A DNA stretch of 64,000 bases from positions 3,622 to 67,621 of IMG/VR virus record IMGVR_UViG_3300024581_000835; one strand, written 5' to 3'. The stretch comes from a virus. The notes below the pieces were generated by a model. The model was given only the letters and a program-made list of their open reading frames with translations, searched no databases and was not told where the DNA came from. A program made the position numbers and the translations under genes. Below are positions 55,933 through 64,000 of this stretch, in pieces (positions within the stretch are counted from its first letter, which is position 1; each line of letters begins with the position of its first letter).

Positions 55933-56175
55933 TTAGCACTTAAACACTCCGCTGTCGTGCTGTTCTTTGTAACCTTGTGCATACGCAGTTACTTGTTCAG
56001 CAGTCATGTTATCCTTTTCAACCAACGGACTGCTGTAAGTGTCGCCCTCATAGTAATGAGGATTGAAAGGACGCTGATAATATGCATCAGCACTGCCCCT
56101 GTCATAAGGCCCGCCGTGCCTATCGTTAGTGTATTTCACTGCGGACAAAGAATGTAAATCAGCCATCAAATTCAT
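55933..56175 (-). CDS. Hypothetical early protein
   Basis: HGGPYDRGSADAYY motif; start moved to 56175. Confidence 0.65.
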   Translation of the reverse strand: MNLMADLHSLSAVKYTNDRHGGPYDRGSADAYYQRPFNPHYYEGDTYSSPLVEKDNMTAEQVTAYAQGYKEQHDSGVFKC

Positions 56176-56176
56176 C

Positions 56177-56515
56177 TTACATGCTCCAGTATCTTTCAGT
56201 GAACGGATCGCAAACGCCACCTACATCATTCACACTCATTGTGATGGTGGACTCTTTGCCTGTGCCTGGCATGATGCCAGTCCTGGTGACTTGCTTCTCA
56301 ATATTATCATAGTAATACTGAGCTTCAGCAATGCCGTAGATGAACTGCGGATCCTTGTCGATGTTGTAATCCGCTTCTTCTTGAGCCGCTTTGCTCAACC
56401 TGGTGATAGCCGCTTTGGCAGCCGCTTCAGACTTGTAACTTGAAGTTACTCTGTAAGGTCTATGCTTAACAATCTCTTTGATTGCTGTGCTTGCTTTGTT
56501 ATAAATCACGTACAT
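56177..56515 (-). CDS. Hypothetical early protein
   Basis: First gene after an early promoter; SD GGAG. Confidence 0.7.
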   Translation of the reverse strand: MYVIYNKASTAIKEIVKHRPYRVTSSYKSEAAAKAAITRLSKAAQEEADYNIDKDPQFIYGIAEAQYYYDNIEKQVTRTGIMPGTGKESTITMSVNDVGGVCDPFTERYWSM

Positions 56516-56531
56516 ATTTTCTACTCCATTT

Positions 56532-56606
56532 CCTAACTAACAATATTAGTATAGCAAAACTAGCAGAAAAGTCAACCGTTTTTTCTATAATAAAATCAAT
56601 AACTTA
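56532..56606 (-). promoter_or_regulatory. Sigma70-like early promoter plus IHF consensus site
   Basis: GGTTGACT-16 nt-TATACT; AATCAATAACTTA at 56594-56606. Confidence 0.85.
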
Positions 56607-56897
56607 CGCACTTCCGTACTTCTTCTCTGTTTTTTCAGGCACTTTTTTAGTGGGTTTATCTGTTTTAGGTAATACTACAGCGCATGCAATAGGCATACCA
56701 TTGATTATAGCAATGTTTCGTGTCATGCAAGATAACAGTATTTCATTGAGTGTGAGTTCTCTAGTTACTTCGTATACTTTGATTTTGGTATCTTCGAGCG
56801 ATTGATTTAGTACTTGTAACGACGCAATTCCGCCTGCACCAAATGCCAATATAATCAAAGACAACATGATCGAAATATTTCTAATAGATTTTAACAT
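56604..56897 (-). CDS. Membrane-anchored hypothetical protein
   Basis: N-terminal TM helix, Lys-rich tail. Confidence 0.6.
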   Translation of the reverse strand: MLKSIRNISIMLSLIILAFGAGGIASLQVLNQSLEDTKIKVYEVTRELTLNEILLSCMTRNIAIINGMPIACAVVLPKTDKPTKKVPEKTEKKYGSA

Positions 56898-56975
56898 GGT
56901 GTGTCCTGCCTAAAAGGTTACTATTATTTAGCGAAAAGGTGTAAATAGTAGCATTAGTGAAATTAGGAATCCCAT

Positions 56976-57569
56976 ATGAAGTTTGACTCACCTACCATGA
57001 CGCCTTATACCGTTTTCCCCGAATGGGTATTTGACGGCAAGTTAGAAATAATGGAGGAGCAAAGAAGATCGTTAATACAGTATGCAAGTTCATTGCCCCG
57101 TATTGACACACATTCAGGTTGGACTACTAAATTTGCACACATGAAAGATCAATTATTAACAGCCAGTAATTTGGTTGGAAACATGTTCTTTCAGAATGTT
57201 GTGAGCTATTATGCATTACCCGACAAGCTCAGAGATATATCAGTAACTGACAGCCAATTCACAATGGTGAAACCAGGCGCCACAGTGCCAGCTCACATTG
57301 TGAGAATGCGATGGTATACTGGTGTTCTCATGCTTGACGGCGGAAAGGGCGGTAGCCAGTTATACTTAGATCCAATGGATAAAAAGATGTATGCTACGCC
57401 GTCTCCGTTAATTCAAGAGTTCACACACTTTATAGAATATAAACCTTTGAGGCTAGTGTTCTTTCCTGCACACATACCGTGGGGGTTCACACCTAATCAA
57501 AGCGATATAAACAGTTTGTTTTATACATTCTCGTTCCATATAACTCCACAAGATCAGAAAAAGAGGTAA
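56976..57569 (+). CDS. 2OG-Fe(II) oxygenase-fold protein (TIGR02466-like), metal ligands apparently degenerate
   Basis: PAHIVRMRWYTGVL and LVFFPAHIPWGFTPN; the expected second and distal His positions are substituted. Confidence 0.55.
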   Translation: MKFDSPTMTPYTVFPEWVFDGKLEIMEEQRRSLIQYASSLPRIDTHSGWTTKFAHMKDQLLTASNLVGNMFFQNVVSYYALPDKLRDISVTDSQFTMVKPGATVPAHIVRMRWYTGVLMLDGGKGGSQLYLDPMDKKMYATPSPLIQEFTHFIEYKPLRLVFFPAHIPWGFTPNQSDINSLFYTFSFHITPQDQKKR

Positions 57570-57571
57570 TA

Positions 57572-57898
57572 ATGGCTTTTATAGTAGGTAGTGCTTGTGT
57601 CGGCTGTAAAGACACAGAATGCGTTAGTGTATGTCCTGTAGATTGTTTTTACGAAGGACCTAACATGCTGGTAATTGATCCTGACGAATGTATTGATTGT
57701 GCATTGTGTCAACCTGCTTGTCCTGTAAATGCTATATTTCCTGAAAACGAAGTTCCAGAAGAAGAAATACCGTTCATTGCTATTAATGCAGAAAAAGTAG
57801 ACGAGTACGAAAACATATACGAGCAAAAAGAAGCAATGTCTGAAGCATCACCTTACACTGTACAAGAAGCTATTGAATTAATTCGGAGTGAGGGCTAA
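57572..57898 (+). CDS. fdxA: Dicluster ferredoxin (FdxA type)
   Basis: CVGCKDTECVSVCPVDCF and IDPDECIDCALCQPACPVNAI; acidic tail. Confidence 0.92.
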   Translation: MAFIVGSACVGCKDTECVSVCPVDCFYEGPNMLVIDPDECIDCALCQPACPVNAIFPENEVPEEEIPFIAINAEKVDEYENIYEQKEAMSEASPYTVQEAIELIRSEG

Positions 57899-57914
57899 TA
57901 GCCCCCACTTACTC

Positions 57915-58052
57915 TTAATACCAAGGATTATTAGTCACATAGCTAGGTAGTTTCCTATCACTGGGAAACTGTAACTTTCTTGACTGTTTTCTTTCTTTGA
58001 TTAGTTGTTGCCTAATGGCACGTTTGAGTTTTATAATTTGGTATTGAGTCAT
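57915..58052 (-). CDS. Small basic protein (45 aa, MTQYQIIKLKRAIR...NNPWY)
   Basis: Not in the ORF track. SD AAGGAG; preceded by a structured leader. Confidence 0.6.
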   Translation of the reverse strand: MTQYQIIKLKRAIRQQLIKERKQSRKLQFPSDRKLPSYVTNNPWY

Positions 58053-58074
58053 AACATCTCCTTTTAAAAAGATG

Positions 58075-58120
58075 CGTTCCTTCAACTTGATTGTTTACTT
58101 CCGTCCGTAATGGATGAACG
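58075..58120 (-). ncRNA. Candidate three-way-junction leader RNA
   Basis: CGTTC...GAACG closing stem with TCC/GGA and AAC/GTT inner hairpins and purine-rich joiners. Confidence 0.45.
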
Positions 58121-58136
58121 TAATAATATTTATCAT

Positions 58137-58163
58137 AAAAAAAGCAGGCCTAAGCCTGCTTTT
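58137..58163 (-). terminator. Rho-independent terminator (bidirectional type)
   Basis: AAAAGCAGGC-CTAA-GCCTGCTTTT with a long T tract on the minus strand. Confidence 0.85.
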
Positions 58164-58208
58164 GATGTGACATAACGTCACGATCCCTAAGGTAGTAAGG
58201 ATTCTATA

Positions 58209-58454
58209 TTAACCACCGAAAGTTGCGATTAATGTGCAACCTGTGATTGAAGGTACTTTACCAGCGCCTTGAAGAGCAATGTGTGAGCCTGAAGTTAAAC
58301 CTTCAACGCCTACAACAATGAAGCCTTCGTTTTGTGCTTCTGTACATGCCGCTTCAACTGTTACTGCTGTTACGTCATCTACTTCTAAGATATCTGTACG
58401 TGGGCCTAGACCATTACCTGCTCTAACTGCCGCATTTGGATTTGCTTGTGCCAT
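58209..58454 (-). CDS. Small putative virion protein
   Basis: Late region; Ala/Gly/Thr-rich. Confidence 0.6.
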   Translation of the reverse strand: MAQANPNAAVRAGNGLGPRTDILEVDDVTAVTVEAACTEAQNEGFIVVGVEGLTSGSHIALQGAGKVPSITGCTLIATFGG

Positions 58455-58522
58455 TTTGATTCTCCGAATTTATATGCATAGTCTTTTCTATGCTTCTTTG
58501 TATTTATTTATCTTTTTTAGTC

Positions 58523-58550
58523 AAAAAGAAAGGGCGTTAAACGCCCTTTC
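58523..58550 (-). terminator. Rho-independent terminator after the fibre gene
   Basis: GAAAGGGCG-loop-CGCCCTTTC followed by TTTTT on the minus strand. Confidence 0.8.
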
Positions 58551-58569
58551 CGGTTGGTTTAATGTTTAA

Positions 58570-61500
58570 TTAAACCCAGTTGTAGTGTACAGATATTGTA
58601 CCAGAACCTGCTGTTGTAGTAGATGATGTAATACCATCGCTCTGCATGAACTGTACCTGTATGGCTTGTCCTGCTGTAATAGCCTGCTCGCCATCAAGTT
58701 CAACACTGTATGTACCTGCTGTTGCCGCATCAGCGTCATCGGCCGCTACTAGCGTAGTGCCTGAACCACCGTTCTCTTTAACAAGGATATGGTTGAAAGA
58801 ACCACCACTAAATGCTGTGCCAATCTTGACAACAACCTTAGTTGCGTAGTATGTTCTGCCTGCAACGTTTGGCACTGCTGGAGTGTCAATTGTTGTAGAA
58901 CCGTTTGTTAAAGTTGCTCTGACTAATAAACCGTCTGGAGCATTAGAGTCAACGTATGCTTTGACTGATTGCTGTGTAGGTACAAGTGTAGCACTATCAC
59001 TAGCCATGTTGTCTTCGTCAACGAAGCCAGTTACTGTGATTGAGCCGTCACTTAAATCACCAAATGTAACAGTACCCGATGCAGTAACGTTGGCACCGCT
59101 AAGGTTGCCTGTTGTTGTTACATCGCCTGCTAAGTTTGTGATATTACCTGTGTACGCACCAATTGCTGAGTTTGCTCTAGCAGTTGTGTAGTACAAGTTA
59201 GTACCTTCTGACAAGTCAGTTGTGCTGTGGTTGCTGATATCGCTAACTGTACCAGTTACATCACCGATAAAGTTTGCAGTTGCAGTAACGTTATTAAATG
59301 TTACATCTGAAGATGTAGCAACGTCCTGACCAATGCTGATGTTACCAGATGCAATAGTTACGCCAGTACCACCTGAGAAGTGAGCTCTTACTTCACTAGC
59401 ACTTGGGCCAGTGTAAGTGATTTCACCTGTAGCACTGTTGTAGCTCATTGAGCCATCGCCACCTGCGTCTGTTACAGAAATTGCATTTCTAGCTCTTGCA
59501 TCAGTGTAATACAAGTTAGTTGCACCTTCTGCTAAATCATCAGTGTCATGGTTGCTTAAACTGCTAACTGTACCAGTTACATCACCAGTTAAGTCACCAA
59601 CAAATGTTGTAGCGTTAACTGTTTCGTTACCAAATGTCCACTCGCTTGTAGCACCATCATAGATGATCTGCTTCATGCTACCGCCAACATTGGCTTCAAA
59701 ACCTACGTCAGTACCTGTTGTACCGTCGCTGTTTACGCGGAAGATTGGGTCACTTGCTTGAACAGTTGTTGATTCAACAACAGTTTGTGTACCTTGAACT
59801 GTTAAGTTACCAGTAATAACAGCGTCACCATTAACATTAACTGTAGATGATGTGATATCATCCGATGTGAATGTACCAGTTACTGTTAAGTTTGCAATGC
59901 TTGCGCCATCTACGATACCAACTTCAACACTGTTGTTAGTGATTGTTGTCTCAACCTGACCGGCTGTACCAACAATGCTTAATGTCTCACCACCCAAGAT
60001 TTGGTCTGATGAACCATTGTCACCGTCAACGTTAAAGCCTGTAGCAATAGTAGAAGTGCTTACACCAGTGATACGACCTTGCTGGTCTACTGTGATATTT
60101 GGAACTGCTGTAGCACTACCGTATGATCCAGGTGTTACTGCTGTATCGTCGAGATCAATTTGACCTGCTGTGATACTGATACCTGTTCCACCAGTAAAGT
60201 GTGCTCTAACTTCGCTAGCACTTGGACCAGTGTAAGCAATTACACCAGTTGATGCGTTGTATGATAATGCACCGTCGCCACCGTTGTCAGTTACTGAGAT
60301 CGCCTGTCTAGCTCTACCGTCTGTGAAGTACAGGTTAGTTGAACCTTCTGCTAAATCATCAGTGTCGTGGTTTGAAATGTCACTAACTTGACCAGTAACA
60401 TCACCAGTTAAGTCACCGCTGAATGTTGTTGAACTTACGCTTGATAAGCCGCTTAATGAGCTATCAAGTGATACTGACAAGCCTTGTGCATTTGCTGAAG
60501 TAGTAATGTTGTTACCACCTGTGATAGCAAATGTCTGGCTGTCTAAGTCAACTGAACCTGTGCCGCTGTCACCTGAGAAGTCTAAATCTTCTGCTGTAAC
60601 TTTAGCATCAACGTATGCTTTAACAGATTGCTGTGTTGGAACTAATGTATCGCTGTCGCTAGCCATGTTGTCTTCGTCAACAAAGCCTGCGATAGTGATT
60701 GAACCATCACTTAAACCACCAAACGATAATGTACCGCTGAAGTCACCATCTACTGCTGAAACTTCGCCAGTTGCATCAAAGTTTGCCGCGCTTACGTTAC
60801 CACTGAAGTCACCAGTAGTTGCACCGCTTAAAGCGCCTGAACTTAATGTTGCTGTACCGTCTGATAGTGATCCACCTTGTACTGCACCACTGAATGTTGC
60901 GCTTACACCTGATGTGATTCTACCAGAAGCAATACTTAATGTGCTATCTGTTAATGTTGCGAATGTTGCAGTACCTGAACCAGATACGTTAACTGCGCCT
61001 GTTAAAGAACCACTGCTTAATGTAGCAACGCCATCAGTTAATGAACCACCTTCAATAGCACCCGAAGCATCAACACTTGTTAAAGTGATGTCGCCGTCTA
61101 AGTTAACTGTTAAAGTATCGGTTGCACTTGTTGCAGTATTAATGTTTGTACCACCTGCGATACGGATAGTGTCACCATTGCCTAAATCTTGATCAACACC
61201 ACTATCGCCTGCTAACGTCATACCAGTTGAGATTGAAGCAGTGCTGGCAGAAGTGATACGACCTTGTGCATCAACAGTAATTACTGGAATAGCTGTGGTT
61301 GAACCATAGTTGCCTGCTGTTACTGCTGTATCAGCAAGATCAATAGTGCCTGATGTATAATCAATACCAGTGCCACCCACCAAGTATGCGTCCATTGCCG
61401 CATTACCACGTGCTGTTGTCCAGTAGAGGTTTGAACCTTCTGCTAAGTCACCAGTGTCATGGTTGCTGATGTCGCTAACAGTACCTGTAACATCACCAGT

Positions 61501-63261
61501 TAAGTCACCAGTTACATCACCAGTTACATTACCTGTCAAGTTACCAGTTACATCACCTGTAACATCACCAGTTAAGTTACCAGTTACGTCACCTGTTACA
61601 TTACCTGTAACATCACCAGTTAAGTCACCAGTTACGTCACCTGTGAATGTTGCATTTGAACCGTCTGTTCCGTTTTCGAGGATCTTCTGACCTAATGAAG
61701 AGTAAATGTCACCAGTTACATCACCAGTTAAGTCACCTGTTACATTACCAGTTACATCACCTGTAACGTCACCAGTTAAGTTACCTGTTACGTCACCAGT
61801 TACGTCACCAGTTAAGTCGCCTTCAAATGTGCTTGCTACAAATGTTTCAGAGCCTACGCTCCACTTGCTACCTGCGCCTAAGTAAACGATCTGCTTCATT
61901 GAGCCACCAACGTTGGCTTCAAAACCTACGTCTGTGCCTGTAGTACCATCACTGTTTACACGGAAGATTGGATCTGCCGCTTGTACTGTGGTGGATTCAA
62001 CTGTTGTCTGAGTACCTTGCACAATCAAGTTACCTGTGATGATTGCGTCACCGTTAACACTAACCTGAGAAGATGTAATGTCGTCCGATGTGAATGTACC
62101 AGTTACAGTCAAGTTTGCTATAGTAGCACCGTCAGCAATACCAATTTCTAAGTGGTTGTCTGTTACGGTTGTTTCGATCTGGCCTGCTGTACCTTCAACA
62201 GTAAGTGTTTCACCACCTACGATCACGTCAGTGTTACCTGCGTCACCTGCTAAGTTGAAACCAGATGTGATTGTTACAGTGCTTGCTGATGTTACACGAC
62301 CTTTAGAGTCGATTGTAAGCACTGGAGTTGCAACATTACTACCATATACGCCAGCAGTTACGCCTGAAGCCGCTAAAGTAGTTGTAATTGTTGCAGTGTC
62401 GCCTGCGTTTTGGAATGTAGCAGAACCAGTAGCATCGCCACTTAGTCCAACTGTTACTGCGCTAGAAAGTGCATCTGCATCATCTGCTGTACCAGTTAAG
62501 TCACCTGTTACGTTACCAGTTACATCACCAGTTAAGTTACCAGTTACATCACCAGTTACATCACCAGTTAAGTTACCAGTTACATCACCTGTTAAGTTAC
62601 CAGTTACATCACCTGTTACGTTGCCTGTCAAGTTACCAGTTACATCGCCTGTGACATCACCTGTTAAGTTACCAGTTACATCACCTGTTACGTTGCCTGT
62701 CAAGTTACCAGTTACATCGCCTGTGACATCACCTGTAACATCACCAGTTAAGTTACCAGTGATACCAGAATTAACAGCTAGTGTAGTAAACGTGCCTGCG
62801 CCAGGTGTGCTTGCACCTATTGTTACGCCGTTTAAAGCGCCGCCAGTAAGATTTACATTACTGAAGTCTTGAGTTGCTATAGAGCCTAAGCCCAAATTAG
62901 TTCTTGCACCGCTTGCTGTTGTAGCACCAGTACCACCGTTGCTTAGTGAAAGTGTTCCACTTACGAAACTAGCATTTCCTAAATCAACTGTGCTTGCTGT
63001 TGCAACACCATTTGTAAACGATACAATACCTGTAGAGCTTGAGAAATCTTGTCCAGTACCGCCGTACTGTGTGCCGATTTCCGTGCCTGTCCAGTTACCA
63101 GCAACAACACTACCAAAACGAATGTTTTCTAATGTTGTACCATCTGATTGGGTTAAGTCAAATCTACCATTTGCAGAATCATACTTGAGCTTACCACCGC
63201 TCTTACCCATTTGGACGTCAGCCGCAAGACCTTTTATACCAAAGTTCTTAATGTCAGCCAT
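58570..63261 (-). CDS. Long tail-fibre-like structural protein with G-(D/N)-(V/L)-T repeats and duplicated modules
   Basis: 1563 aa, Gly/Thr/Ser/Asp-rich, tetrapeptide tracts and internally duplicated segments. Confidence 0.8.
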   Translation of the reverse strand: MADIKNFGIKGLAADVQMGKSGGKLKYDSANGRFDLTQSDGTTLENIRFGSVVAGNWTGTEIGTQYGGTGQDFSSSTGIVSFTNGVATASTVDLGNASFVSGTLSLSNGGTGATTASGARTNLGLGSIATQDFSNVNLTGGALNGVTIGASTPGAGTFTTLAVNSGITGNLTGDVTGDVTGDVTGNLTGNVTGDVTGNLTGDVTGDVTGNLTGNVTGDVTGNLTGDVTGNLTGDVTGDVTGNLTGDVTGNVTGDLTGTADDADALSSAVTVGLSGDATGSATFQNAGDTATITTTLAASGVTAGVYGSNVATPVLTIDSKGRVTSASTVTITSGFNLAGDAGNTDVIVGGETLTVEGTAGQIETTVTDNHLEIGIADGATIANLTVTGTFTSDDITSSQVSVNGDAIITGNLIVQGTQTTVESTTVQAADPIFRVNSDGTTGTDVGFEANVGGSMKQIVYLGAGSKWSVGSETFVASTFEGDLTGDVTGDVTGNLTGDVTGDVTGNVTGDLTGDVTGDIYSSLGQKILENGTDGSNATFTGDVTGDLTGDVTGNVTGDVTGNLTGDVTGDVTGNLTGNVTGDVTGDLTGDVTGTVSDISNHDTGDLAEGSNLYWTTARGNAAMDAYLVGGTGIDYTSGTIDLADTAVTAGNYGSTTAIPVITVDAQGRITSASTASISTGMTLAGDSGVDQDLGNGDTIRIAGGTNINTATSATDTLTVNLDGDITLTSVDASGAIEGGSLTDGVATLSSGSLTGAVNVSGSGTATFATLTDSTLSIASGRITSGVSATFSGAVQGGSLSDGTATLSSGALSGATTGDFSGNVSAANFDATGEVSAVDGDFSGTLSFGGLSDGSITIAGFVDEDNMASDSDTLVPTQQSVKAYVDAKVTAEDLDFSGDSGTGSVDLDSQTFAITGGNNITTSANAQGLSVSLDSSLSGLSSVSSTTFSGDLTGDVTGQVSDISNHDTDDLAEGSTNLYFTDGRARQAISVTDNGGDGALSYNASTGVIAYTGPSASEVRAHFTGGTGISITAGQIDLDDTAVTPGSYGSATAVPNITVDQQGRITGVSTSTIATGFNVDGDNGSSDQILGGETLSIVGTAGQVETTITNNSVEVGIVDGASIANLTVTGTFTSDDITSSTVNVNGDAVITGNLTVQGTQTVVESTTVQASDPIFRVNSDGTTGTDVGFEANVGGSMKQIIYDGATSEWTFGNETVNATTFVGDLTGDVTGTVSSLSNHDTDDLAEGATNLYYTDARARNAISVTDAGGDGSMSYNSATGEITYTGPSASEVRAHFSGGTGVTIASGNISIGQDVATSSDVTFNNVTATANFIGDVTGTVSDISNHSTTDLSEGTNLYYTTARANSAIGAYTGNITNLAGDVTTTGNLSGANVTASGTVTFGDLSDGSITVTGFVDEDNMASDSATLVPTQQSVKAYVDSNAPDGLLVRATLTNGSTTIDTPAVPNVAGRTYYATKVVVKIGTAFSGGSFNHILVKENGGSGTTLVAADDADAATAGTYSVELDGEQAITAGQAIQVQFMQSDGITSSTTTAGSGTISVHYNWV
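61480..62765 (-). repeat. Three tracts of 12-bp degenerate tandem repeats encoding GDVT/GNLT/GNVT
   Basis: Units such as accagttacatc and acctgttaagtt at about 61480-61645, 61710-61820 and 62485-62765. Confidence 0.9.
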
Positions 63262-63355
63262 TTATGTCTCCTAAATACATGTATTTTGTTATCGATAACG
63301 TCTAGATTTTTATGCCTGAACGTTATCTATATTTATCGTTTTTAGGAGATTGAGT

Positions 63356-64000
63356 TTAAATGTACGTTAGTTTGACCGTCACTACACCAGCAGTTGAACC
63401 ATAGTGCCAACACCTTGCTACCACAGTTAAATCCTGTGTTTCGGTGCTAGGATGCACATATTCTGGTGTACACATAAACGATCCGTTTGCTTCTGTGAGA
63501 TCATTGCTGGGAGAATCACAGAACTTGTCTGGATCAGTGAGGATGCCAACTTCAATATTGGGGTCTGTTGTGCCTGTATATCCTGTAAATGGTGTATCTA
63601 CTTTTATACTGACACTTTGTATTTTGCCACCGGGAGATATATTGCCCAGTGTTTGATTAGTGCTATAACCAAATCCGCTTGCTGGCATTGTGAATGTTGT
63701 GGTGTATGTTCTTGCATCAGTGGTGCTACTGTCTCTGTCTGAGATTTTAACCCAACTAGATCCATCATATAGGAACAATGCCCATTCGCCGTCCTCTGCG
63801 GCGAGAACATGTGCTTGATCACCAACGCCTGGGTTAAGTGCATCACGTGCCGCAATGTTAGCCACAACCTTAACGCTAGCACTCTTAATACCGCCTGTAA
63901 CGTTGATTGCAAGTGGATACATACCTGTGTGCCCACTGCTGATACCGGTGTTTACACGAAAGAATTCCGTACCTTCATAGATCAATATCTCACCACCATC
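63356..64000 (-). CDS. Putative virion structural protein, 5'-truncated by window edge
   Basis: Frame is open to 64000; beta-rich; adjacent to the fibre gene. Confidence 0.7.
   Translation of the reverse strand, partial: DGGEILIYEGTEFFRVNTGISSGHTGMYPLAINVTGGIKSASVKVVANIAARDALNPGVGDQAHVLAAEDGEWALFLYDGSSWVKISDRDSSTTDARTYTTTFTMPASGFGYSTNQTLGNISPGGKIQSVSIKVDTPFTGYTGTTDPNIEVGILTDPDKFCDSPSNDLTEANGSFMCTPEYVHPSTETQDLTVVARCWHYGSTAGVVTVKLTYI

Noticed and set aside
60506-63274. Long plus-strand ORFs (60506..61192, 62078..62872, 62939..63274) with PVTSPVKL repeats
   Set aside because: They are antisense shadows of the repetitive, codon-biased fibre gene and have no SD or independent features.
1-64000. 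CRISPR array
   Set aside because: No regularly spaced 23-50 bp direct repeats with unique spacers were seen. The only tandem repeats are in-frame coding repeats.
1-64000. Stop-codon reassignment
   Set aside because: Conserved genes are uninterrupted in code 11, TAA, TAG and TGA all end genes, and no suppressor tRNA is present (Trp is CCA).
1-64000. Eukaryotic giant-virus or host-chromosome origin
   Set aside because: SD sites, sigma70 and TAAATA promoters, bacterial tRNAs with CCA, T4-like replication genes and fibre genes indicate a bacteriophage. aceA, fdxA and galE are embedded among phage genes.

Overview
This window is a gene-dense fragment of a large tailed-phage genome. Evidence: a T4-type family-B DNA polymerase, sliding clamp, RNase H/FEN, ATP-dependent ligase, 13 bacterial-type tRNAs with encoded CCA, Shine-Dalgarno sites, sigma70-like early promoters, TAAATA-type late promoters and tail-fibre-like genes. 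IHF consensus sites, an FdxA-type ferredoxin and an AceA point to a proteobacterial, probably aquatic host (inference). Modules from left to right: (1) 1-19.8 kb, a mostly plus-strand glycan/small-molecule tailoring island with 3 paralogous glycosyltransferase-like proteins, 5 SGNH-fold proteins, a B12 radical SAM enzyme, an amidinotransferase, a DegT aminotransferase, a carbamoyltransferase, a 12-repeat GT-A-like giant protein and a methyltransferase. (2) 19.8-33 kb, ligase, a MoxR-AAA/VWA pair, early genes, a QueC-like gene, two tRNAs, HNH and RNase H. (3) 33-41.5 kb, a 7-deazaguanine DNA-modification operon (queE, folE, T-fold QueD/DpdL-like, dpdA) that unusually contains galE and a GT-B glycosyltransferase; this is the best candidate for an undescribed system, a glycosylated deazaguanine DNA hypermodification. 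(4) 41.5-46 kb, clamp and polymerase. (5) 46-58 kb, an EF-hand membrane protein, a sulfotransferase-like gene, an intact isocitrate lyase, a GT60-like GlcNAc transferase, a tRNA array with both Ile(UAU) and Ile2-like(CAU), and a ferredoxin. (6) 58-64 kb, structural genes. Several small structured non-coding elements were also found, including a hairpin whose loop is complementary to the phage's own early-mRNA leader and SD. All family assignments come from motif recognition by eye; no database searches were run. Several start codons were moved from the ORF track to SD-supported positions.
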